Shown: positions 1 to 13,175, counted from the first letter of the stretch. The stretch: DNA of 64,000 nt from Octopus sinensis (GCF_006345805.1 NC_043007.1:47802001-47866000); one strand, 5' to 3'. Notes: a model not told the origin generated them from the sequence alone. A program made the numbers and translations.

Positions 1-120
1 CGCACACACACATCCTCCCACACACACCTAAAGCGAAGGTCTGATTCAGAACTTTTCCGTTTCCACCGGTCAAGTGATAATAACCGGTTTCATATCATTA
101 AAGTTATATTAATCACATCA

Positions 121-628
<508 letters not shown>

Positions 629-687
629 ACTTATGCACATGTTCAGAATAGAATGGGTGACTAGATATGTCCAGTGTCACAGATTTT

Positions 688-1446
688 TATTTCTTTATTG
701 CCCACAAGGGACAAGACAAACAAGGACAGACAAACGGATTAAGTCGATTACATCGACCCCAGTGCGTGACTGGTACTTAATTTATCGACCCCGAAAGGAT
801 GAAAGGCAAAGTCGACCTCGGTGGAATTTGAACTCAGAACGTAGCGGCAGACGAAATATCTATGTCTTTACTACCCACAAGGGGCTAAATACAGAGAGTA
901 CAAACAAGGACAGACTAACGGATTAAGTCGATTATATCGACCCCAGTGCGTGACTGGTACTTATTTAATCGACCCCGAAAGGATGAAAGGCAAAGTCGAC
1001 CTCGGTGGAATTTGAACTCAGAACGTAGCGGCAGACGAAATATCTATTTCTTTACTACCCACAAGGGGCTAAATACAGAGAGTACAAACAAGGACAGACT
1101 AACGGATTAAGTCGATTATATCGACCCCAGTGCGTGACTGGTACTTATTTAATCGACCCCGAAAGGATGAAAGGCAAAGTCGACCTCGGTGGAATTTGAA
1201 CTCAGAACGTAGCGGCAGACGAAATATCTATTTCTTTACTACCCACAAGGGGCTAAATACAGAGAGTACAAACAAGGACAGACTAACGGATTAAGTCGAT
1301 TATATCGACCCCAGTGCGTAACTGGTACTTATTTAATCGACCCCGAAAGGATGAAAGGCAAAGTCGACCTCGGCGGAATTTGAACTCAGAACGTAACGGC
1401 AGACGAAATACTGCTAAGCATTTCGCCCGGCGTGCTAACGTTTCTG
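688..1446 (-). mobile_element. Tandem tetramer of tRNA-derived SINE (family A here), 184-bp period
   Basis: GAACGT(A)GCGG anchor at 837, 1021, 1205 and 1389. The whole array is flanked by a 17-bp direct repeat CCAGTGTCACAGATTTT (671-687 and 1447-1463). B-box GAGTTCAAATTCC on the minus strand in each unit. Confidence 0.9.
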
Positions 1447-1685
1447 CCAGTGTCACAGATTTTAGCTGTTATATATATATATGTGTGTGTTTGAGTGTGA
1501 TGTGTGTTCGTTAATGGTTACTGTAACTCTGTAGTGACAGTTTATGTGCCTTGTTAGTATGTGTGTATAAAATGTTTATTATAGATGTATGTGCATGTGC
1601 AAGAGTGTGCATGTGTGTGTGTGCGTGTGTGTGTGTGTGCGTGTCTGTATTTATGTGTGTGTATTTATGTATTTATGTGCAAGTG

Positions 1686-1839
1686 TAGCCGTGTGGTAAG
1701 AAGTTTGCTTCTCGATCACATGGTTCCGAGTTCAGTCCCACTTCACAGAACCTTGGGCAAGTGTCGTCTACTGTAGCCTCGGGCTAAAGCCTTGTGAGTG
1801 GATTTGGTAGACAGAAACTGAAAGAAGCTCATCGTTTAC

Positions 1840-1925
<86 letters not shown>

Positions 1926-1940
1926 GTCTGTGTGTATGTA

Positions 1941-1971
<31 letters not shown>

Positions 1972-2160
1972 GTGTGTGTGTGTGTGTCTGCGTTAGACAC
2001 AAATTTCGTTAGAATAAATACCAGGCTTAACAAAATAAATAAATAAATAAATAAATAAAGAAGTAGAAACTGGAGTCGATTCATTCGACTAAAAATTCTG
2101 CAAGGTGCTGCGTGACCCGCTATGGCCGCAGTCTCATGACTGAAACAAATAAACGATAAA
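1686..2160 (+). mobile_element. SINE family B copy with internal (CTAT)n and (TG)n
   Basis: Head GCCGTGTGGTAAGAAGTTTGCTT...GGTTCCGAGTTCAGTCCC; tail GGCCGCAGTCTCATGACTGAAAC; homologous to 121-628. Confidence 0.85.
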
Positions 2161-2329
2161 GATCTATACGTGTATGCAGGCTTTTGGACAATAGGTTAAG
2201 AAAAAAATTCAGGTGCAGGCTGGTTGAGGACAATGGGTGTGCTCTCGAAGGTGTCCGTAGATTTGAATGTGTGTGTGTGTGTGTGCACAAGGTGTATGTT
2301 GTTATGGTACATTAGTGTGTTATATATAA

Positions 2330-2476
2330 GTCGGTGAGCCGATAAAATCGTTGGCATGTCAGACGAAATGTGTAGCGTCATTTCGTCCGTCTTTACGTTC
2401 TAAGTTCAAATTCTGCCGAGGTCGACTTTGCTTTTAATCATTTTGGAGTCGATGAAACAAGTATCAGTTGAGTAGC
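2330..2476 (+). mobile_element. Partial, diverged SINE family A copy
   Basis: TACGTTCTAAGTTCAAATTCTGCCGAGGTCGACTTTGC matches the family A body. Confidence 0.7.
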
Positions 2477-2512
2477 TCCCTCCCTCAAATTTCAGGTGTT
2501 GAATTTTATGTT

Positions 2513-4140
2513 CAGTTGCGGCCAAAATGTTCAGAACGGCAATGTTTTCGTCAGAAAAGTAGGTATAAGTTTTTATCACAGTTGTTTTATATTCTATAAT
2601 TTTCACAGACAATAAATACAATATTAATTGTTATTTTCTGAGAGTTTGGTGTAATTTGAGAGGATAATACAAAAGTTATGGATGATTTAGTGATTTACTG
2701 CAAAACCCATGGCGGCCAAAATGATCAGAACGGTTGAAAAAATAACAAAATAATCAAAAATGACAGAGAATACTGGAATTATTTAATATTTAGTGTGAAG
2801 CCCTTTAGCTTTAATCACACTTTGACATCTTCGACTGTATGAGGAAATAAAATTTTCAATTTCTTGCTGGGTGATCTTATTCCATTCTTCTTGAAGGGCA
2901 TTCCATAATTGCTCGGTTGTTTTAGGATTTCTGGCTTTCGAACATTCTCCTAGAATATTCCACACATTTTCAATAGGATTGAGATCTGGGCTTTGAGCAG
3001 GCCAATCCATAACAATAACCTTTTCAGCCTTGAGGAAGTTCACGACCACCTTAGCCTTGTGACATGGGGCATTGTCCTGCATGAATATGGGTGGTCGCTT
3101 AGTTGAATTTCTCAGCACAGGCAAGACATAATCTTTTACAAGTTGTTTATAAACTCCTGCATTTACCTTTCCATGTAATCGCACCAATGGGCCCACACCA
3201 TCTCTAGATATCATCCCCCAAACCATGACACTTCCTCCACCGAATTTAACACTAGTCTTATAGCATTTAGGCGACAATTTTTCACCTACTTTTCGACGAA
3301 CGTACCTTTTCCTATCTGAGCCAAATAACATAAACTTAGATTCATCACTGAAATGCACAGTTTGCCATTTTTCTTGAGAACACAACACATGTTCGGTTGC
3401 AAAGGTAAGACGACACTTTTTATTCTTGGGGCTGATCAGTGGCTTCACTGCAGGTGCTATTGCTTGTAGGTCATGTTCAACTAAACGACAAGACACAGTT
3501 TTTCGAGATAAAGTTTTCTTCAGTACACTGATCATTTCCCGAGAAACAGCAGCAGTAGTTTTAAATCTGTCCTTTTTAACCAACTTTACCATAGCACGAT
3601 CTTCTCTCTTGGTCGTTTTTCTTGGCCTACCTGTAGACTTTCTTGCTTCACACGAACCACAATCATCGCAGACCTGAAGAATACCGTGAACAACACTTTT
3701 TGACTTGTTAACAATCTTTGCAATAGACCCAATACTTAAATTATGCTTCTTTCGAAGCTTAATAATCTGCTGACGAATTGGTAACGGAGTAAGTGGCATT
3801 ATATTAACAAAGTACACTGCAGATATTCTAACTAATGTTTAGTAAACGAACCGTCACGTAAACAAATTCAAAACATTAGAGCTCGCCGGTTAAATATACT
3901 AAATCACGGAGTAAAAGCAACCGTTCTGATCATTTTGGCCACCATGGGTTTTGCAATAAATCACTAAATCATCCATAACTTTTGTATTATCCTCTCAAAT
4001 TACACCAAAATCTCAGACAATAACAAATAATATTGGATTTATTGCGTGTGAAAATTATAAAATTAAAACAACTTTGATAAAAACTTATACCTACTTTTCT
4101 GACGAAAACATTGCCGTTCTGAACATTTTGGCCGCAACTG
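2513..4140 (-). mobile_element. Tc1 DNA transposon with ~224-bp IR/DR-type terminal inverted repeats
   Basis: TIRs at 2513-2736 and 3918-4140 start CAGTTGCGGCCAAAATG. Each holds an outer (GGCCAAAATGTTCAGAACGG) and inner (GGCCAAAATGATCAGAACGG) direct repeat. TA follows the right end (4141-4142); the left flank reads TT. Confidence 0.95.
2783..3799 (-). CDS. Tc1 transposase, DD34E, uninterrupted 338-aa ORF from the first ATG
   Basis: N-terminal HTH with GRPRK linker, FSDESKF (D1), KFGGGSVMVWG, FMQDNAPCH (D2), and WPAQSPDLNPIEN with E 34 residues after D2. C-terminus GLHTKY. First ATG (MPLTPLP) at 3799; the track uses a GTG start at 3817. Confidence 0.93.
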   Translation of the reverse strand: MPLTPLPIRQQIIKLRKKHNLSIGSIAKIVNKSKSVVHGILQVCDDCGSCEARKSTGRPRKTTKREDRAMVKLVKKDRFKTTAAVSREMISVLKKTLSRKTVSCRLVEHDLQAIAPAVKPLISPKNKKCRLTFATEHVLCSQEKWQTVHFSDESKFMLFGSDRKRYVRRKVGEKLSPKCYKTSVKFGGGSVMVWGMISRDGVGPLVRLHGKVNAGVYKQLVKDYVLPVLRNSTKRPPIFMQDNAPCHKAKVVVNFLKAEKVIVMDWPAQSPDLNPIENVWNILGECSKARNPKTTEQLWNALQEEWNKITQQEIENFISSYSRRCQSVIKAKGLHTKY

Positions 4141-4449
4141 TATTAAGCAGTTCCCGCCCACAAATTTCAGGCTTTGTGCCTTATGTACATACATATGTGA
4201 GAGTATGTGGACCTTGTGTTGGTAAAAAAAAAATGGTGTCCACCTCGTGCTAAATTGGGGAGTTGCATATGAATATGGATTCCTATTACACGAGTCAAAT
4301 GTAATTATTACTCCTGTTTTGGTAATTAACCAAAGTTTGGGAACAAACGCGTTGGAATCTGGCGAACATCTACATCGGCCCATCGTTTTAGTTCTGTGCC
4401 TTTGAAGAGAAGTTGGAACAAGTTTTGCGTAAATAAGGTGTCTATAATA

Positions 4450-4657
4450 CAGCAATCCCTCGCCATATCGCGGTTTATTATTTAAGCTTACGTCGATTCC
4501 TCCGTGGCGTTGTTTTTCGTTTATAATAAAATATATATATACAAATTATAAAAATAATTTTTTTAAATATACTGTACAGTACTGTTTCTACTTCGCGGAT
4601 TTTCACCTATCGCGGGGTGTTTTGGAACGTAATACCCGCGATAATCAAGGGATTATG
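4450..4657. mobile_element. MITE with pogo/Tigger-like TIRs
   Basis: TA-CAGCAATCCCTCGCCATATCGCGG at the left and CCGCGATAATCAAGGGATTATG-TA at the right (imperfect TIRs, TA flanks); ~210 bp, non-coding. Confidence 0.7.
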
Positions 4658-5271
4658 TAGTCGAAAATAAGTGAGAAATTCCCAATGGAAAAATCTCCCG
4701 TGTTTAATAGCGAGAGTTTCATTATATTACGGCTATAATTATATATATTTGCATTTAAATCTATTGAGGATGATACACCAATATTTTGGTTTGATAAGAA
4801 AGAGCATGAATGTAAATGTTAACTCATTATAGGGCATTCACTGTTTGAGTTGAGGTGCTTTTTCAGTTTGAGGAGAGTACTGTTTGGAGTTAGATGTTAT
4901 GAATTTTACACTCATAACTGTTCGGACAGCATTCGATGTATTAAACAATGTAGCAGAACATGGAGATTCAGTTTGTCATCAGAGACATAAACGAGCAAAT
5001 TGTTGGAATTTATTGAAAGAAGCAAACAGTTGATGTTATGAGACAAAACAGGTAGATTTTATTGTAGAAATAAAATTTATTCGAGTTAGTTGATGCGAAA
5101 AGAAAAAAGAATTTATTAACAAAAGAGACAAATACATGGCTTGAGGATATTCAATGACAATGCTGCTTGCTCTCTCAATGGAATTTGTTAACATTTGATG
5201 TTTGTATGATTCAAATTAGAGGGAGAAAATTCTAGTGGCTTTCCATCGTATGTTACTGAGGTATTTGTGGG

Positions 5272-5473
5272 GTACTGAAAAGTTCCTGGCTTTAAAAGTA
5301 TCGCGAAAGGCCTGGTTGGAGGCCCAATCTTCCGAGTTCTTTTACAGGACTTAGAAAACTGAAGGACCACTGCAATAAGTGTGTGAATCTGAGAGGGGAA
5401 TATATTGGATAAAATCATAATTAACTGATCCTCCTGTATTTTCTTTTACCCAAAGCCAGGAACTTTTCAGCAC
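5272..5473. mobile_element. Mariner-like MITE
   Basis: TIRs CTGAAAAGTTCCTGGCTTT / AAAGCCAGGAACTTTTCAG; second copy in the opposite orientation at 20208-20428. Confidence 0.8.
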
Positions 5474-5904
5474 AGTACATAACAAGTGGCGTCTATAAGT
5501 GGACTAAATACTTCAATGATAATTCTACTCATTACTATAGCACAATGCCTTTTATTTTCATCAAACAGCATTAGCAAACTACAAAAATAATTCTAGGCGA
5601 TTTCAACGAATTCTTATATGTTAACTTAACATTTCAAGACATTGTACAAAAATATAGACGTTCAAAACAATTTAAGTGTTACAAACGTCTTTGATATACA
5701 TCAGTAAGTTATTACTGAAAACGCCTGAGAAAATTTGAGTTAGGACCATTTTAATGATATGCATCACTGCATTTTTACTATAAATAAACTGAATAACGAC
5801 ACGGGCACATTGATTCTAATTGGCTCTTTAACAAACAAATTGATCAAAAGATAACTACCACCACAACACAAACAGAATATAAATTATCATCATCAACAAC
5901 AACA

Positions 5905-6660
5905 ATAATAACCCTATCTGATAGACACAAGGCCAGAAATTTTGGAGGAGGGGGATAGTGCACAACTAGTACTCATTTCATCAATCTCGAAAGGATGAAA
6001 GGCAAAGTCGACCTCAGCGGAATTTGAACTCAGAACGTAGTGACGGGCGGATGGGCGTAATACCTATTTCTTTACTACCTACAAGGGGCTCAACACAGAA
6101 AGGACAAACAAGGACAGACAAACGGATTAAGGCGATTATATCGACCCCATTGCGTAACTGGTACTTATTTAATCGACCCTGAAAGGATGAAAGGCAAAGT
6201 CGACCTTGGCGGAATTTGAACTCAGAATGTAACGGCAGACGAAATACCTATTTCTTTACTACCCACAAGGGGCTAAACACAGAGAGGATAAACAAGGACA
6301 GACAAACGGATTAAGTCGAATACATCGACCCCAGTGCGTAACTGGGACTTAATTTATCGATCCCGAAAGGATGAAAGGCAAAGTCGACCTCGGCGGAATT
6401 TGAACTCAGAACGTAACGGCAGACGAAATACGGTTACGCATTTCGCCCGGCGTGCTAACGTTTCTGCCAGCTCGTCGCCTATTCCTTTCTACTAAACGCA
6501 CAAGGCCTGAAATTTTGCGGGAGAGGACAAGTCGATTACATCGACCCCAGTGTTTCACTGGTATTTATTACATCAACCCCGAAAGGATGAAAGGCAAAGT
6601 CGACCTCGGCGGAATTTGAACTCAGAACGTAGAGACAGAGAAAATGTTGCTAAGTATCTT
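5905..6660 (-). mobile_element. Cluster of head-to-tail SINE family A copies (multimer plus flanking copies)
   Basis: Repeated CGAAAGGATGAAAGGCAAAGTCGACCTCGGCGGAATTTGAACTCAGAAC at ~5990, ~6180, ~6365 and ~6580; full head AGGCGACGAGCTGGCAGAAACGTTAG at ~6480 (minus). Confidence 0.85.
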
Positions 6661-6734
6661 AATGATAATAATGAATTCCCTGATGCAATACGAGGCAGTG
6701 ACTTTTATGGCTTCTATCTTAATTGTTAATCTGG

Positions 6735-7190
6735 TCTACAGCAAATAATTTGCTCAATACCACAAATTTACTTGTTAGTTGCTCGACCGTAACCAGTTGA
6801 ACAAGTCTCCTAGTGGATGACGGTAAGTGTATCTCTGTTCATGAGCAAGAGTAATGGGGGAACAGCATAACCATATGTTGAAAGGAATTATTTGGGGTCT
6901 GAATAATTCACCTCTGGAAACATGGGAGTTTCATTCATCGTCCTTAAACAACGTCTATTCAGATGCTCTTTGAGCGGGATGTGGTACTCAACCTGAAGAA
7001 AATTCTAACTGAGCCCCACCGGCAAGGTAATGCACTGTGTATCTTGATATAAGGTTATCATGTTGCACACATATGGTTGTGATGTATATTCCTGGTGTAC
7101 ACTAATCAGACGGGTAGTCGTTACTGGCATATTGTGTATCATATATTTTCACCCCTGCGTCACTTTGATTCTGTGTACTTTTCTCTCATT
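6735..7190 (+). mobile_element. Diverged copy of a ~500-bp non-coding repeat ending in (AAT)n (family D here)
   Basis: Colinear with 57695-58192 and 58214-58706 (e.g. GAATAATTCACCTCTGGAAACATGGG, ATCAGACGGGTAGTC); ends CTCTCATTG followed by (AAT)n. Confidence 0.75.
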
Positions 7191-7206
7191 GAATAATAAT
7201 AATAAT

Positions 7207-7242
<36 letters not shown>

Positions 7243-7245
7243 AAC

Positions 7246-10200
7246 CACTCAACTACTGCATATCCATGCCTGGAAATTATCCATAATAGTCTCCGACCGG
7301 AAAGTCTTCTGGAATAGACTTGCCAGTTCGTCTTCGTCGACGCCTAAGGTCTGCCCGAGGTCATCGTCGCACTTTCCCGCTAAGAACCCCCTGTAAATAT
7401 CTAAAGTGGAACATTCATTGATCCTATTGCCCGACTTGCAGAGGACAGTGAGAACCTGATGACATTGTAAGTGCCAGGTGACATAGGCATCGTAGGCATT
7501 CGCAACCTCTGCCCGACATTTCAAGGACAACTTCCTCTCTGTCCATTTTTGGGTAAGAAAGGTCACCATGTTCGTTACCTCTTCCTAATTATTATCTAAA
7601 TGGAGGTCAGGACTAAACCAGACCCCGAGCAGTTTAACTGGTCCGTCAGTCCAGCGTCCGACGGCATCGATCTACCTTTCCAGGAGCTCAGTCGCAATCC
7701 CACTGACTTGTCGGCATTGATTTTAGCCCCTGCAACCGACTCATATTCCTTTACATTGGAGCCGACCGCCTCCATTTCGGAGGCGTCCGAAACCATGACG
7801 GTGACGGTCCGTGCATGTAGACACTGCCCTCCCGAGTCCAATTTTGAAAGGGAGGCCTCTTAACTATTCCAACTCCCACAGCAGTGGATTGAGAGCCAGC
7901 ACATTCAGAAGAGTTGATAACGTGCAGCCCTGACGGACTGAACGTGCGATACTAAACGGTTCCGATAGGTGGCCAATTACTTTGACCACCGGGCAGGTGC
8001 CGCTGTGTATTGCAGCAATCCAGCCTCTGAAAACGTGTTCGAAACTGGCCGCTTTAAGGACGGCTTCCAAGTAGCGATGGTCTATGCTATCGAAAGTTTT
8101 CAACTGATCTAAATTGATCAAGGCCCCACCGAAGCCAGCTTTAGCCCCAGCCCACACGACGATGTATCGTATAAGGTGGAAGTTGTCATGGATAGGCCTG
8201 CTCGGAATTGCGCACGTTTGCATCTCCCTGACCAGACTACCAACGACAAGCGCCAACCTTTTCGCTAACACCTTGGCCAAAATCTTAAACTCTGCGTCAA
8301 GCAGAGTTATGGACCGAAAATTCCCTAGCATGTGCCCACTGTCGGTGTTCTTTCTCAGCGTTGTTACCACATCTCGGCTAACAGCACTAGGAATTCTCCC
8401 GTTCTACTGCCGGTTACTGTAGACATCTGCCAAGAGGCTGCCAAACAAATCGGGTATGAAAACATAGATTTCGTAGGGCAGACCATCCAAACCAGAAGAT
8501 TTGTGACTTGTGCAATCGCTCACCGCCTACCGTATTCCAGAGGTTGTAATCGGCTTTTCGCAGAATCTCGCGCCCGTCACCGAGAGCCGTGGTAGGCTGT
8601 CTAGTAAACTAAAGTTCGCTACCTTTGTCGACCCATCATTCTCCCCAAACAACCGCACAAAGTGCTGCTGGAAAGCCGCACGCATCTGCTCAGAACCGAG
8701 TAGCGCGCTTCCTTATCCGTCAAAGACTTGGTGGTTTTGTTTCCACGTCACGTCTCTATCGATCGGGCCCATCGGACGGCTTTAGTTCCTTCGTATTTTA
8801 GCGCACGAGCCTTAGCTCTGACAACGCTCCCTTCGTGTTTCGCCCCAAAGAAATGATCAAGGGTCATTCCCGCCTCTAACACGTCGGTCGCGATGCCTTT
8901 ACTAATAGCCTCTTCTAGTTTGCTTACTAGTTCTCCCTCTAATCTATTTCTAGCTATTGCTAAATCTTTGCTAAACGCTATCGATTCTACTGAAATCACT
9001 CTCTTCAAAGCGATTCACCACCGGCTGCTGACACTAGCTCCCGTCAACTGCCGCTTAGCTAGTTCGCTAATCTGGGCTCTGTAGTCTTTGCGAGCCGGTA
9101 AGGACGCATTCACTTCCAGTAACTGGGTCCCTGTCTATGTGTCCTATCTAAATCGACTGAGCATATCACAAATTTGTGATCTGTGTAGCCGACCAATTTA
9201 AATTGTGGACAACCTATGCTATCCCTACCCTTTGACCTGACAAATGCGCAATCTAAATATGATCTGGATCACCAGCTGTGGTTGCTCCATGTCCACACTG
9301 GCACATCAGGAAAATCCAGTCGGTACCTGTCAGAAGGCTGGAAAGTCCTGAGCAGGTTTTCGAGGCTTTTATTTCCCCTTCTACTATGGACTAAATCCAC
9401 ATAGTTCTTCCGTGCGTCCAAAATACTATACCAGTCCCCCACTAGTACTAAAGTGCGAGGTGTTCCCAAGAATGTTTCTAGACGCCTGAATAAATTTGAC
9501 TTTCCAGCCCCTTTGGGGTATAAACCGCCACCAATCTAAATGTTCCACCTTCGTTCCCATTCACATCCAGGACCACCACCCTACCATCCGGTTCCAGGAA
9601 GATAGTCCGTACTTTTAGATATAAAGATTTCAGGAGTAGCACTGCTACACCGCTACCCGCTCCCGATAGACTACAAGATGAGAATACCGCATAGTCCTCG
9701 AAAATGGTTACTAGAGCATGTTTTCCGGAATCCTTGTTTCACTAATGGTAGCCACATCCAAATCAAGTGACCTGTGATTGTTGAGCAAGTGACCTTGCTT
9801 CCAAGCTGACCCCAGGCCACGCACATTCGCACACACCATTCTCAGCACAGCTATGCTTGTCGGAGAAGGAAAATGAGGAGGTTACCTTGATTTTCGAGAA
9901 ACCTGGAAGTTCCGAGCTTCTCTACTGGCGAAAAGTTTTTAAAAGGCCCTTCCAACAGCCTTTTTAAAAAAACCCACACCATCTGGGAATTTTTCTATTA
10001 TAGTTTTATAACCGCCCGACGACGTTTGAATTAAAAGTCTGCCCTTGGGGCTTTTGAGGATGAAATCCTCAAATTCCTTTCCCTCTGTCTCTATTTTGTC
10101 TTTGCTTTGACTTACAAAATCCATCAGTTCACTGTTATACTTTTTCAGAACAGTGAAATTGATGGATACATTTCGTCTACAGACTGATGACTATTTCTGA

Positions 10201-11772
10201 AGTTCTGTAATTGGTTGTTTCTGTGTTTCTGGGATTTCATGCTGTTGATGATGTTGCTGTTTTTGAAGTTGTTGACCTTGTTCTTGTTATTTTTGTTGGA
10301 GTGGTTATGAATTGTGTTGCAGTTGTAGTTTCAGAATAAGTTTTTGTTGATTTCTTGGAGTAGAGCTATATACGCTCCTCCTCTTTCGCCTATCTCCTTT
10401 TGTCACTGTGATCCAGCTCAGGAGAAACTTGCTTTTCCGTGGCAACTGGGGGCAGACTCCTTCTTTGTCTTGGTTTGAGAGTGGGTGTGAGCGTGAGTGT
10501 GGGAGTGAGTGTAGGAGTCTGGAGCACTTGTGGTGTTTGTCAGTTGGCAGTAGTGAAACTTTATTTTTCCTTGTTTCAGGGCATAAATCCTTTAAGTGAT
10601 TTACAGATCCACATTTGTGGCAACTTGGCTTTCTACTTTCCACGAACACAGAGGGAGTACCATTCGGGAGATCTATTATATCGGGCAGCTGGTTTGTATG
10701 GTCTTGCTTGCATTGCAAGGTCAGTTCCATACCTATACCTAACCAGTTTTGCTTAGGTAGTTTCTTGGCCTCCAATATTGTGACTTCGTCATTTTCTAAA
10801 CCTGCCAAGACGGCCGCCATAACCAGGTAATGGATATTTCTGGCGGCACATTCAGTACCCTAATCTTGGCAAGGCGTTGGCCGTGATAGCTGAGGATTAA
10901 GAAAAAGTTACCGTTCCTCAAAGTGGGTGCGGAATTACGTCTAGCTTCTTCTTCCATCCCAAATCTCCTCTCAGTAGTTCCAAACTTCTTTCCTCGAGTG
11001 ATGTGGATCTTTTGTTCCCACACACGCCCAAGGCATTTTTGTACTTTGCTCTCACGAGCATTTTCCACCCGCCGAGACTTGACTCCGATGCAATGGTATG
11101 CATCTTGCGATATTTTCTATCACGTCGGATTGAGGGTTTAGAGCTACCCTTCTTCCATCTCTTTTTACAATCTTTCTTGCCAATTTTAATTCTTCTTCAT
11201 CTATGTGGAAACTTTCCATATTTACCGCCGCTGACGCAAAGTCTATATTTGCGTTTTTATGATTCTTTTCTTTCGTATCGTTGTTGCTGTTATTATTGTT
11301 ATTGTTGTTGCTGTTGTTGTTATTGTTACTGTCACTGCTGCTGCTGTTGCCGTTGTTCTCGCTGTCGACACCGAAAGCTTTGACGGTCGGAACAGTTTTC
11401 GACTCAGTGACGTCATTAAGTTTAGGCTATTCCGTATTCATACTCTCAATTCTTTCCTCGTTCTCCATTTTTCCCGACAAGGAACGCGTTCCTTTGTGAA
11501 CATTATGATGGCTTCTTTATCAGCCATCTTTAAATTACATAAAATTGTAAAATATTTGTTTTCACAGAAAGCAGTTAAAATTTTTAAAATATTGAAGTGC
11601 AACCCCTGTAAAACAGCGGGTGTTTCTACACAAAATTACTATCTGCGCAGTCCAGACAATCTCAGAAATGTAATGGTAACAATAGAAATGGAAAGATGGG
11701 GGCTTAGAAGGCTCAAAAGATTGCAAACACTTTTTCAACTTACGGAGCACCAAGTTTCCGTGACTTCACAGT
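7246..11772 (-). mobile_element. Tx1/L1-like LINE, decayed (ORF1 + APE + RT), 3' part deleted
   Basis: ORF1 zinc knuckle CHKCGSVNHLKDLC (~10590-10630); APE start VCANVRGLGSAWK (~9840); RT motifs FRSITLLDAEFKILAKVLA, LINLDQLKTFDSID and SVRQGC; many stops and frameshifts. Flanked by (AAT/AAC)n on both sides. Confidence 0.9.
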
Positions 11773-11776
11773 AATG

Positions 11777-11835
<59 letters not shown>

Positions 11836-11837
<2 letters not shown>

Positions 11838-12352
11838 TCGAAGGGAACAGACCTAACTTATGGGTAGTAAGAGCTTTGCAGCCTTGGTTGACAATCTTAC
11901 TAGAGATGGCGTCTCGATAAAAATACCGGTTGGTGGCTAACCTTAGAGCATAAAGCTCAATGTTGAGTGAAAATGTTTTATACAAATGTATCAAATAATA
12001 GTGTTAAAGAGGCTGGAACCAAAAGTGAAAGCTTTTCAACCGACAGGTGCCCTGTGATTAAACAGCGTAGGCCCGGTCGTCATCCAGAGACTGCTTGTAA
12101 ACAAAGCCAGACGCAGAGAAGAAGATGGGATAAGGAGGCAAACTGAACGGTAATTGAATGCCGGATCAGGAGTAAAATAGAGTGCCCAATTGAACTGTTA
12201 CAAAAGGTTTACCTCCCTGGCACGCCAGAATAATCAGTGAAGTATTAGATAGCTGAAAAGAACGAATTGCATGGTACTGTAGGCTGCATGTAGTAAGTCC
12301 GTTACGTATGCAAAACTCCAGGAGCTCCGACAAAACCTGTGTTAAAGAGAAA
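11836..12352 (+). mobile_element. Decayed 3' fragment of an R4/Dong-like LINE (distinct family)
   Basis: TIEGNRPN at ~11837 resembles the REL motif RPD; CPIELLQKVYL.GT.RIISEVLDS* at ~12183-12255 (with a frameshift) resembles the QKIALLGTAHILRKIL C-terminus. Bounded by (AAT)n on both sides. Confidence 0.6.
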
Positions 12353-12381
12353 GTAATAATAATAATAATAACAACAACAAC

Positions 12382-12446
<65 letters not shown>

Positions 12447-12469
12447 TGATGATGATGATGATGATGATG

Positions 12470-12529
<60 letters not shown>

Positions 12530-12545
12530 GTAATAATAATAATAA
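12353..12545 (+). repeat. Compound (AAT)n/(AAC)n/(GAT)n microsatellite
   Basis: Read directly from the sequence. Confidence 0.95.
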
Positions 12546-12904
12546 ATTCTCGTTTCTGTGAGCGATTAAAAAAATAACCGAGTTTCCAAGGAGAGGGAGT
12601 GCTGTTTTTTCATACTGAAGTGGGAACGGAAACTAAGTAGCAACAATTTAGGATTTATCTATGACAACACACGTCAGAGCTGTATACAGGATACAGAGAA
12701 AAACAATACAAATGGGCGCGTGACGATGTGACTAGTTTACTTCGCAATTACGCAGACAAAGTCTCAATTACTCTACGTCGCACCTCGGGTACAAGTGTCT
12801 TTTTATTATTGATTGAATTGACTCATGCATTATGAAAGCGGGTAATATATTGAAATCTATATAACGCTTAAACAGAGCCTGAAAAATTTCTTTAAGATAC
12901 ACGG

Positions 12905-12995
12905 CGTATTTTCATTATTTACATTATTTACATTTGACGGATGTTTGTCCTCATCTTGTTTGTCATTACCAGGAATCGAATTCGAAATCTTGGGG
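12905..12995 (-). mobile_element. Internally deleted SINE family C remnant
   Basis: Minus strand reads AACCCCAAGATTTCGAATTCGATTCCTGG (head B-box part) fused to AAACAAGATGAGGACAAACATCCGTCAAATGTAA (tail); the (AAT)n tract and hammerhead segment are missing. Confidence 0.7.
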
Positions 12996-13009
12996 TTATT
13001 ATTATTATT

Positions 13010-13054
<45 letters not shown>

Positions 13055-13063
13055 ATTATTATG

Positions 13064-13108
<45 letters not shown>

Positions 13109-13111
<3 letters not shown>

Positions 13112-13175
13112 TAGTTTTATTTTTATAGCGTGCTTTCACTTCACTACCGAGCGCACCGCTGTGTGCCTTGGGTAT
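13109..13175 (-). mobile_element. 67-bp 3' terminus of R4/Dong family A LINE
   Basis: Reverse complement matches 14134-14200 (ATACCCAAGGCACACAGCGGTG...AAAACTACTG), followed by (AAT)n on the same strand. Confidence 0.9.

Noticed and set aside
688-1446. CRISPR-like or satellite array
   Set aside because: The units are contiguous SINE copies with no unique spacers, in eukaryotic context.
12025-12095. Hammerhead-like motif on the minus strand (CTGGATGA...GAAAAGCTTT)
   Set aside because: The core has an insertion, stem I does not pair, and it lies within a decayed R4 coding region.
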